This document shows, in pieces, positions 24,705 to 34,679 of a stretch of DNA of 34,679 nucleotides. The notes beneath the pieces were generated by a model. It was not told where the DNA came from and did no database searches. It saw only the letters and a list, made by a program, of their open reading frames with translations. Both the position numbers and the translations under genes were made by a program. How positions within the stretch are numbered: position 1 is the first letter of the stretch; the number at the start of each line of letters is the position of its first letter. Source of the stretch: Sphacelaria rigidula (Eukaryota); assembly GCA_964200075.2 (NCBI GenBank), contig CAXNAA020000025.1, forward strand, positions 1 through 34,679. The letters run 5' to 3'.

Positions 24705-24953
24705 ATGTTCTCTCGAGTAGCACCCGCTGCCTTCAGGAGAGCCGCCGGCCGTGCTGCCGCTCGCGGCCTCTCAACCACCGCTGCTTCGAAGGGCTTCGGA
24801 GTCTCTAAAGGCCTTGTGGCAGGGAGCATTACTGTCGCTGGAGGCATCGTTGCGCTGAGCCAGATCACACAGCAGGAGCAAGCACCTGCACTTTGTGCTG
24901 CCGATTTCCCATACACCGGGCAGCCTGGTACTGCCCATGAAAGGTCTTTCATC
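24705..24953 (+). CDS. NDK: NDK exon 1: Arg/Ala/Ser-rich presequence, hydrophobic segment, start of NDK domain (ERSFI)
   Basis: ATG at 24705, GTGAGT donor at 24954; 249 nt. Confidence 0.92.
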
Positions 24954-27900
24954 GTGAGTTATACGCGTCGACATATGTGCGGACTCAGTTGCAGTCTGTG
25001 GTGGACGTGCAATATTGTCGTATGTGGCGGACCACAGGGATACATCACTGATCATGATGGGTCTGTGAGCACACAGATGATTCCTCTACCCGGTACCTCG
25101 TGTGGTGGGAACTCGTTGGGTGTACTGGGAAAATGTGGTATGCTAATGTTCATTGGCCTGTAGTGGATGCATCAGAAGAGATGAGCTTCTTGTTTGCATT
25201 GGCATCGTAACTACACTGTTGTTGGCTGTTGGCAGTTTTCTTCGGCCGCTCCACCCCATCACAATTTCACCAAATTTCAATTTCTCCCCACGTGGAACGT
25301 ATCACATACCCCGGAGTATTATTTTCGACGACGGCGATGACGTTTTGTTCCGTCCACGGATGGCAGTAGATGTACACTGCCCACAGCTGCAGCTTTGCCT
25401 CGCCCTACTGACAACTCGCTTGTTTCTCATGTGCAGTGCAAAACCCCCGTTCGTACTCTCACCTGTGGAGAATGTCGCTACTGAAATTCTGTACGCGAAC
25501 ATCAGACCGTAAAGTTCATTAAAGTTGTGAATCCTCTCGAGCCTAGAGGTACTCTCTGTCTCTGTTGGAGGTGGACTAGGTGAAAGTGCACCTATTATGG
25601 AGAACGAGCGCCATTTCACGGGGTATCTCTTGCAAGGGGTAAGCAACGGGACCAGGACGGTTGCTAGGGCGGGTTGGGTAGGGTATGTCCTTTCGACTAC
25701 CGGGTATTTACTCGACTGAAGTCTTGGGTAAATTGGTACGGTCTCAGTACGCTACTCAATTATTGGTAGCAGAGTATGATTTCGTGGCTTCTACAGGCTG
25801 GCCCCCAAAATCATTCAAAATTGTGTCATGGGCCAAGTGCCCTCCGCAATACCTACCCAATGGTCGCATACATGTTGCTATATTGACCACAATGAACAAA
25901 AGAAGGGGGGGACATGACCGAATTTGTGTGTAGGACCAAAACGGTGGCTCTAAGGGCGGAAAGGTACCTCGACCAATCAGCGCCCTTGAAATTATCCCAC
26001 AATCTCCACTTGCCACGAGGGGCAGTTACCGCCGTCAGGTCGGGAGTCCAACGAAAAGCATATATTCGAAACCAGCTACTACGGGGTCGAATTATATCCG
26101 CAACCGTGGTTCTTATGGAATGTGGGGTTGTGGCGTCGTCTAACTTCTACTGGTGATGAGCACAGAAGACCTACAGGCTCGTTCACGGTCATCACCCAAA
26201 CTTGTGCCATCAGCAAATTCCTTTCGCAACACCTACTCACTAGTCGCATACATTATATCATACTGACCGCTATAGACAGCTGAAGAGCGTGACATAGCCG
26301 GATTTGTGTGAAAGGTCATAGTGGTGAAGCCAAGGGCGAAAAGGTATATTGATCGATCAGCGCCCGTCAAACTGTTTCGAGATCGAAGCAACGAATTCCA
26401 AGCCCAGTCTCCACCCAATCTTCACATGCTTCAAATCGTAGTAACGATAATCAGCTCGGGAATCTAACGGAAAAAACTTATTTTGAAACGGTTTCTACGG
26501 GATCGAATTATACCCGAAAGCGTGATGTTTCGGTGATGCCGGGTGTCGGCGTCGTCCAATTTCCACTAATGATACGCACGAAAGACCCAGGGAGCCTCGA
26601 AACGCTGTCCCCTATATCTGTCGTGAAAAACCTCAGATCGCTCTCAAACTTGGCAATTCCGTAGGTATTGATGCTCCAAATGGAAAAGTTGCGTTCTTGG
26701 CAATATTTCATGGTTTCTCCGTTCTCTACCGGCTTCCGAGGGTCCCAGTATGGAGACACCCCGAAGGCGGTACAGAATGCCCTAGAAGAAAAATAATGGA
26801 ATGATGCGTCCTGGGATCGTCCAAGGAACACACGCACAAAGTTTGGTGCAAAATCTCGAAAACCTCATACAGTTTTTTGCTTTGACGCGAAGTTTACCTC
26901 AACAGATGTTTCTATACCAAAACCAAGTAGTTGGGAGTTACACGTTTCAAGCCCACGTCCTCCACAAACGCGCAAACCTCCACGCCGTTATTGGGAGTTA
27001 GGCCGGATGTTATGGCGAGCAGGTTTTTGGCCTACGGACTGTTACCTTGGGGACATTTGACCCCCCTTTCGACCCCCAAACAGGGATCGCCAACACACTT
27101 TTCATCACCTCAGAGAGGAGCCTAGCCCACTATTCAGATTCGCTTGGCTCCGAGGTTTTTAAGATTGGCCGCTGAACAGAAATTTGTGAGCGAAAGTCCG
27201 TGCTTCCCGACCCCCGCTAGTTTGCCCAAAATTCTGTCGAGATGGCCGTAGACTTCGTTGCACAGGGATTTTTGTTCAGCGGCCGTTCTCGAAATCTTGG
27301 AGCCAAGCGAATCTGAAAAGTGGGCTAGGCTTCTCTGTGGGGTGATGAAAAGTGTCCAAGACGTGTGTTGGCGATTTTCCCTGTCTGGGGGTCAAATGTC
27401 TCTAGGGTGAACAATCCGTGGGCCATAAATCTATTTGCCATAACATCCGGCCTCAGTTCCTGAATTGAGTTTTTCATTGTTTTTCGGGGGCCCGACGGGG
27501 GTCCAAGTCGTTTTTAGAAGTATTCTCCATTCTGGGACCCGGGGAAACGGGACGACGATATTTTTTTAATTCTTTTGAGCGAGCTACCCTCGCACAACCC
27601 GAGGAAGGGTCCCACAAACTTTTGTCGCAAAACTCGATCAAGTGATGCTTGAATTTCCATGTTCATTTCAAAGAAGGCCCAAAAACGCCGTTCTTGTACC
27701 GAAATCAAGTGGTTTGCGATTTCACCGCGGCACGTCAAAGTTCATTACACGAGAACGAAAAACCTCACGCCGTTGTAAGGAGTTGGTTCCAGGAATTTTG
27801 CACAGCTGTGCTATCGGTCATTACGCAGCTTAGGATGAACAAGGTTTTTCGGGGGTTTTCTTGGCCGTTTTACGGGGTTCCGATTGGATCAATGTTTCCC

Positions 27901-30900
27901 GGAGAAAGTGGGATCCCCGAAAAACGGTGGAAAGTCGAGAAAATAGAAGAACCTCGACCGTCGAAAGTTGCGTAATGCCTCATAAAACACGTGCTCAAAA
28001 TTTCAGGGTCTAACTCCTTGAAACGGAGTGAGGTTTTACCGATGAGTGTTTTTTGGGTAATGTGCCTGAACCAGCCTGTTGGGAGCCCCGTGACGGCTTC
28101 CCTTATATATGTCGAGGGAAAGCTCAGATCGCTCTCATAAGTGTCTGTCTCGTGGGTATTGGGGCTTCACATGGAGAAATTGTTTCATAGACAATATTCC
28201 GAGGTTTCTCTGTTCGTTCCCAACTTCTAAGGATCCTAGTGTGAATATCCCCTGAAGGACGCCTTTCCACGTATGCTGACGCGCCGGCTCACGTAGCTCT
28301 CGGCGCATAGTTGTAATCGACAATCACGTCGATGTCTGTTATCACGGGCAAAAGCATTCAATTCCGAGCACTGATCCCTTCCGGTAGTGTTCCGCTTTAG
28401 CCACCTCATACCTACGACGACTCACGTCTAGATTTTATATATTCCCTTCGATTGATTCAAATACTATCCCGCTTCCACAAAACACGCCATTCCCTCGACC
28501 GAGAATGCTTGCTCTTTCTTTACCCCAGCGGGCTTGTGCTACACCGCGGTTCTATACTGTCACCGCACCCCTATGGGCAAAGCAGTACGTCACATCTGCC
28601 TGGTGGCTAACTAGCGCCGCCGAAGGGTTGAGGGTTTTTCAAGAGAAGAATCTCGTCTCCGCTATTGAAAACTCAAGGGCGTGAGCAGCAGAGAAGAACT
28701 TCATGGCCCAGATGATGTATAGTCAATAATTCAAAAGTTGCAACAGGCCTAACCTAGAATTTTTATTGGGGTAATGTGTCTGGTAGAGAATAACGGGCGG
28801 TATTGGAAAGGCCAGCCTACATCTGTGACCACGGGTTCGCGAGATCGGACTAATGTGCGGGAATAATAATAATAATAATAATAATAGAAGCAGCACGTTT
28901 TTATCTATTGCAACTACAGTCTGGGCCGCCCAAGACGCATACAGGAATGTGAACACGCGATTTAGCAGCTCAATTTTGGGTAATTTTTTATGCACACAAC
29001 GTCCAGGACGGATGTACAAACGCTCCATTTCCGCACCCTTACATAATTTTTTTATATCCACGATTTTGTTCCAAACAAACTGTTGAAAAAAATTTGGTCG
29101 ACGATAACTCATGGTGAAAAATAAATAAATATACGGGGCCAATGAGGGCGTGTTGACACATACATCCAGTAAATCGTGTCGAATTTTCATAGAAAACGAC
29201 CGGAAATCAAGCTGCTAAATGTGTGATCATGTTCGAGACTGGTTCATAAGTGGAGATACACCAGCCACGAAGAAGTGAAACGCGGTTATGCTGTTCAAAT
29301 TCAAGTTTTTTTTCACGAAATTCCGACACGATGCGCATGAAGTCTGTTGTAGATTCCCGTTTGTACCCCCTTGACATTTTTTTTTCCGTGACTTGTTGAC
29401 GCTTTTGATTGATTTTTCAATGATCGATCTTGAATGATGGACAATAACCGCGAGCATTAGGGTGTGATGCTGTCCCGAGCGCTCCTTCACTCCTGCGTCC
29501 ATGTATTATCTCCTCCGCCATAAGTGATTCATTTTTCCTCGTCCCCCTCTGAACCCCTCCTCTAACTCGGGACGAATGGTCTCAAGGAATCAACCCCTTT
29601 CTCCCCGGGACACGCCTTGCATTTTGGTCTCGCGGATTGGGTCATGACTATCAGCACTCCCGCACCGCGTCAGCTCACGTCACACAAACTTGAGTTAACT
29701 ACTTTGTTCACTCACGTTCTCACGCTTTCCACGGTGGAAATCAGATACTACCAGGAAAGAAACCAACGCATCGGGATCGACGTCCGGACCGTTACACCAC
29801 CGGGACGCGGCGCCACAAACAATGTGGATAACTAGACACTTCCTCGAGGGATATTGTTGAGTTTGCCGCATTTCAGCGGACGAGGTATACCGTTCCCAGT
29901 AGGAGCACTTAGCACCTATCACTTCGAAATGTGCACGAGTTCGTTATGCGCGACATCATCCAATCAATGATGACCACTTCCTTTTGGGGTCGGCGCTGTC
30001 TCTTCACCGAAATCAACGCGTCCCTACCCCTTCCTCCCTCGGAACAGATGCGTGGTCAACGGTCAAGGGATGAAAGCAAGCAACGAATGAGACTCTCGCC
30101 TTCCCTCCCTATTCCATGAGTGCCCGCTTATTTTCCAACCCCGCAGTCAAAAACTGACGGAACGTCTGTCCAGGGGATTTGTGCGGGTGAAGCATAATCC
30201 CGACGAATGATAATGACCTTGTGTTGAAATACGTGTACACCGACGATAACTCAGTGTGGCTCCTGGCGGATTGTAAATGGCATACGGTGTTCGTGCTGAA
30301 AAATAATCGCTTTGTGATGATGGACGGATTGACCGACATCTGGGCCGAAGATGTATGTCTGTGTCTGTGTGTGGAATCTTCTTGCACGTGATCGCGTAGG
30401 ACGTATCCCACCACTAAAGTGGAGGACTATGAAACAAAATGTGAGCGTTTGGCCTGATATACGTGTGTTTCCTGCGATGGGGGTGTTCCTTTTGAGCAGG
30501 CTATCAAGCCGGACGGCGTGCAGCGACAGTTGGTGGGGGAAGTCATCACCCGCTTCGAGAAGAAGGGCTACAAGCTCGTCGCCATGAAGGTGAGAGGGTC
30601 ACTCATTCGTTCTTCAAGACGAAACAAGCGACGAGTATCAAAAATAGCTCTCACTTCTATCATGAACGATTGCATTTGTATTCCAACTCGGGGATGAGAG
30701 CCTCGATTGTATATCCATGAGTTGGGTTGCGGAATACGTGTGGCTGGCGCCCCCGAAACGCCCTAAAGACCACCGCCGAATACTCTCCTCTGACACCCTT
30801 CATTTCTCTGTGTTCTGTCTTCGACCACCGGAATGTCCGCGCGTGTTCGTCGTCAATGATGCGAAGATGATTTGGCCCACCAAAGCGATGGCGGCGAACC

Positions 30901-31317
30901 ACTACGCTGGTGAGAAGAAGAAGGAGCGCAATGTGCATACATCCAATGGGGGTCCCGATATAGTGCAGGGTCTCGTCGTGGTGTGATGAGATTTGCTTTT
31001 GTCACCGCTCTGACCCGTTATGCGTGGTTGACGGAATTTTTCTGCTGGCGGTGTTGGACATGAAATGATTCGGTACGAAATCCAATCGTGACCTCAAGGT
31101 AAACGTACGTGAGGTAAACGATGGGAAACACCGCGTCTGAAAGAAAGTTGAGCAAAGTGGGGGGGGGGGGAGGGGAATATGAAAACGATGGAGTCGGAAT
31201 AATGGGATGAAGGGGGATTTTGTTTGTTTAGTATTTNNNNNNNNNNAGAACACAAAACAAGCGGAACCGAAGAGGAAGAGAGAGGAGGGAAAGAGGAGGA
31301 AAACGTGGGTAGAAGAA

Positions 31318-31351
<34 letters not shown>

Positions 31352-34104
31352 ATATGAAAACGATGGAGTCGGAATAATGGGATGAAGCGGGATCTTGTCT
31401 GTCTAGTATTTCGTTGTAGACAAACAGGTGAGGGTGTTTGTTTGCCCTCACTTGACGGAATCACCTCGTTCAGTCTACCGTAGTTGCGCCGCAGGGTCGT
31501 GTCTTTTTCGCATGTGCGATCAGACGTTTCTAATACCCAAAGGTGAACATATCCCTTTCTGCTTTTCGACATTTGATTTATGTATGCCGCCCGTGGACCA
31601 CGGGGTCATGCTTCATATGCTTGCATTTCCTGGGAACCTGTCCGTCTTGCTTCTTGCTATTGTTTTGTCTGTCTCCCGCGAGGCAATCATGGTCACATGG
31701 TGCCCCCGAACCTGAACAGACGGCTCTTGATCTCTCTCGCACATGAAGTCTCCACATGTGGACACGGCCTTGCTGTTTATTCTTGTCCATTGTTTTTGTA
31801 AGACTTCTCTCACCCCTTTCATTGGCGTGTTCCAACCCCCAGATCTTTCCAAGAAGCCGTTCTTCGGTGGCCTCGTGGACTACTTTGCGAGCGGGCCTAT
31901 CGTGGCCATGGTATGGGAAGGCCCTGATGTGATCCTCACAGGCCGTAAGATGCTGGGTGCGACCAACCCCAACTCGTCCGAGCCAGGTATTGTGTGGATG
32001 GATGAATCCGGTCTTTGTCGGACATTAGCTGCTCCGCTACTGATGTAGCCGTAGCCATAAGCTGGGTATACTCCAGATAGATGAACTGAGCAGTAGCTAT
32101 GGAAGCTCGAGAAAGGGGTGTCTGGATAGCAAACGCCTCCAGTGCAAGACAGGATACTACCATGGATTCGTGGAATGACACCCTCACAGGTATAGATTTG
32201 TTTTGGTGGTTCTTTGGCACCACATTATCTATAGTACGGCAAAGGGTGCCTGGTACAGCACCCTCCCCCACCCCCAACTACCCCAGCTATAGTGCGGCCA
32301 TGCCAGGCTGGCGGCCCCCTGCACCATCCCGAGACCCCTCACTAGGCTAACCGTTTCACGGTTAGGACAAATAAAATCGTTAGTCAACTCATGATTATTT
32401 CGACGAGTAAACTATACGAGTCATACATCATCTGTAATTCATACAGGTTTTAAGCTCTTGTGTCGTGCAGTACACCGTCAACGGCACCTGCTTCCTACCC
32501 TTTTGGTCCTGGGGGCAAGTCATGAACACACGTTGACCCCCTGTAGAAAAATGCGGAATGGATCGGTTGTACATGCCACCCACACTTACCATAAGGCCTG
32601 AATGACATCTACGTCATGCGAATGTCTTCGTGCGGGACGAAGAGTCGTCACATCGTTGAATCCTCTAAATATGTACGCGGTTGAGATGACTTCACTGCAT
32701 ATATTAACACTTGAATACAGGCTGACCCCTGTCATGTCGCGCGGAGTCAACTCGTATGAATCTTGATTCGTCCCAACCGTGAACCATTTGATGGCGTGAT
32801 ATAGTACGAGTATAGCAGGTCAGATTTTTGACCATTTGACAGCGCTGTGGTCGGAGTATCACTTCTTCAAAAACTCCACTCGGGGAGTCTCGTGTATGCC
32901 GTCGCCTACGGTAGGTGTCGATTCTTCACGCACCTCAGATACTGACAAGCTGTCAGCGTCTAGATGCTGAGGCTGCTGGTAGGGCACGCGAGGTGGCGGC
33001 CCAGGCCCGGCAGGAGCACTAGCAGCGAAGACGGCGAGGCTCATTCGAACGAGGCTGGGTCCACCGACAACCTCACTTCATGGCCACCGGGTGTTTGCCG
33101 GGGCTGATGAGATGCAAAGCCGCGTGTAAGAGGGAAACCGCGGCGGTGCACCGCACGTGAAAGCCGCTCAAGAGCACCATCGCCAAAAGCGACCGGCCCA
33201 CTCCGAAAAGCTGGTGGTGACCGTGCAAACGCCGTTGGCCGCTGCCGCGGCGAAGCAACGCCTGGATGCAGGGGCCGTGAATAAATCACGCAAGGGAGAC
33301 CCTCGAACCCGCGAGGGTACCTCAATCTTCAACCTCACAGGCCAACTGGAGTTTACACCTTCGGGTTCCGCGTAGAGCTGTGCGGTACGTGGCGTGCTTC
33401 CGGTGATGTCCGAACGTACTCTTTTTCGGAGTGGGCCAGTCGCTTTTGGCGATGGTGCTCTTGCGCGGCTTTTGGGTGCACCGCTGCGGTTTCCCTCTCT
33501 TGTGCGCGGGTTTGCATCTCACCGGCCCTGGCGAAAGCTCGGATGGCGATGGAGTCGAGGTTGTCGACGGACTCGGCCCCGCTCGAATCGGCCGCGTTGT
33601 CTTCACTACTCGTGCTGCTGCCCCCCCCCCCCGCGTGCGCTTTTTCTTCAGGTGTTCCAACGTTGGAAAAGCACACATTACAGCCCGTCTTGGAAATTGA
33701 GGCCAACAATCGCCACAGCAAAAAAAATGTACATTTGTGCACCTGAATATGAGTACACATGTATGTACACGTGAGTGTAAACCCATAAATGGGTAAACAT
33801 GTGCATGTATGCGGTAAAGCTCCCCATACTGAAGGCGCACGCGTGCGCTTTGCTTCTGATGCGGCCTCCACAACGACATATTGCCTCTGTTCCCGTTCTC
33901 TCGTCTGTATACAATATACTTCGAAGTAATTGGTTTCGATCAAAGACTGGCTGGATGCATTTTGCGTCTCTGAGTGTTACGAGGATCATGGTGTAGATGC
34001 ATAACATGTACGTTGCCTGATTTTCGGTTTCTTTTTCGGGCGATGCAGGATCTATCCGCGGAGACTACTGCATCCGAGTGGGACGCAATCTCATCCACGG
34101 CTCG
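24705..34104 (+). CDS. NDK: Nucleoside diphosphate kinase with N-terminal mitochondrial-type presequence, 3'-partial: join(24705..24953,30500..30589,30867..30909,31843..31986,34049..34104), 194 aa in window
   Basis: Spliced motifs [68 protein letters not shown] (catalytic His). GT-AG boundaries with consistent phases. The C-terminal exon was not found before 34679. Confidence 0.95.
25945..28140. repeat. Composite repeat block in NDK intron 1 with several diverged direct duplications
   Basis: 25952-26103 resembles 26332-26520; 26590-26648 resembles 28081-28138; about 26820-27000 resembles about 27600-27800. Confidence 0.7.
27001..27452. mobile_element. PIF/Harbinger-like foldback MITE (452 bp, inverted arms of about 200 bp)
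   Basis: Termini ggccggatgttatggc and gccataacatccggcc; arms pair over about 200 bp; flanked by TTA and TCA. Confidence 0.8.
28945..29234. mobile_element. MITE-like element with imperfect TIRs of about 35 bp
   Basis: gaatgtgaacacgcgatttagcagctcaattttgg pairs with ccggaaatcaagctgctaaatgtgtgatcatgttc. Confidence 0.6.
30500..30589 (+). CDS. NDK: NDK exon 2 ([30 protein letters not shown])
   Basis: CAG acceptor, GTGAG donor, 90 nt. Confidence 0.96.
30867..30909 (+). CDS. NDK: NDK exon 3 ([14 protein letters not shown](D))
   Basis: AAG acceptor, GTGAG donor, 43 nt; supplies the conserved HY motif. Confidence 0.88.
31843..31986 (+). CDS. NDK: NDK exon 4 ((D)[26 protein letters not shown]...[10 protein letters not shown](G))
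   Basis: CAG acceptor, GTATT donor, 144 nt. Confidence 0.96.
32357..32781. mobile_element. MITE with family-A-like TIRs but a different interior (NDK intron 4)
   Basis: cacggttaggacaaat at the left end, attcgtcccaaccgtg at the right end. Confidence 0.7.
33016..33620. repeat. Diverged inverted duplication (arms about 200 bp, spacer about 210 bp) in NDK intron 4
   Basis: 33016-33210 is the reverse complement of about 33421-33620; the ORF track shows [16 protein letters not shown] on both strands. Confidence 0.88.
34049..34104 (+). CDS. NDK: NDK exon 5 ((G)[18 protein letters not shown]), contains catalytic His
   Basis: Pyrimidine tract plus CAG acceptor, GTGAGT donor, 56 nt. Confidence 0.94.
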
Positions 34105-34679
34105 GTGAGTTCGCAAAGAGAACAAATTTTGCGCTTGGAGTAGTGCACGGTAGCATGGCATCAATGATCGAGTACGAGCTGGGCCAGCCATGAAACGTGC
34201 ATACCCCGGGCACACGATAACTTTTTCAGTTGCCCCAAGCAGCCCGATCCAAGTATTCTGTTACGTGCACACCAACGTGGTCATGTACGGGTCCGCCACC
34301 GTTCGATGCACACCGTTGCGGCGATGACGATATGGCACCGCATCGAGTACCCGGTGCGTCTTTGTTGCGTGGGCGCGTGTTTTGAGAGTTCTTTTTATAC
34401 TGAAATTGGCGAGCATGACGCATGACAACTTTGACACGTTGGAGTTGGGGTTACGGTTAGGCAGTCGAGAATTCGCTGCGAGTGCCGCGAGGTTTTCATC
34501 AAACTCGTCAGCAGCTCCATCATGAGAGAGAACCTCCTAGTCGATTGTCACATACGAAGACTACACAGGCACAAGTATCCAACTTGTACTGGGCTGCAAT
34601 GCTTTTTTCTCGATTTAATCCCCGATGTTGATCGTCCTTGTCAAAATGGGGATGGTGGGGGGGGGGTGTACTCATGATC

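Noticed and set aside
29965..31015. Possible C/D-box snoRNAs in NDK introns (ATGATGA at about 29967, GTGATGA at about 30983)
   Set aside because: No suitably spaced terminal CTGA with a closing stem, and no recognisable rRNA antisense element.
31157..31410. Duplicated 65-bp segment and poly-Pro ORFs
   Set aside because: Flanks an N gap and G homopolymers; likely an assembly artefact.
34105..34679. Search for the final NDK exon (starting with the Asp after HGS)
   Set aside because: No acceptor followed by a matching peptide; the exon is presumably beyond the window, so this is not evidence of truncation.

Overview
Eukaryotic, intron-rich genomic DNA. Long introns, GT-AG splicing and repeat content suggest a brown alga or related stramenopile (inference). 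Two spliced genes sit head-to-head. (1) A complete 11-coding-exon UDP-glucose 6-dehydrogenase on the minus strand (23294 to 8689); my hand-spliced model gives 475 aa with all intron phases consistent. (2) A nucleoside diphosphate kinase with an N-terminal mitochondrial-type presequence on the plus strand (five exons, 24705 to 34104; the final exon(s) were not found in the window). The rest is intronic or intergenic and full of transposon relics: a LINE RT fragment, a Tc1/mariner-like non-autonomous element with TA TSD, a Harbinger-like foldback element nested in another repeat, a CAC/CAA-ended MITE family, and about 100-bp piggyBac-like mini-elements. There are also tandem repeats and a CAA microsatellite. 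Most ORFs in the supplied track are spurious or partial exons. I see no clear new multi-gene system. The most intriguing structure is a cluster of three related long hairpins with covarying arms in UGD intron 7.
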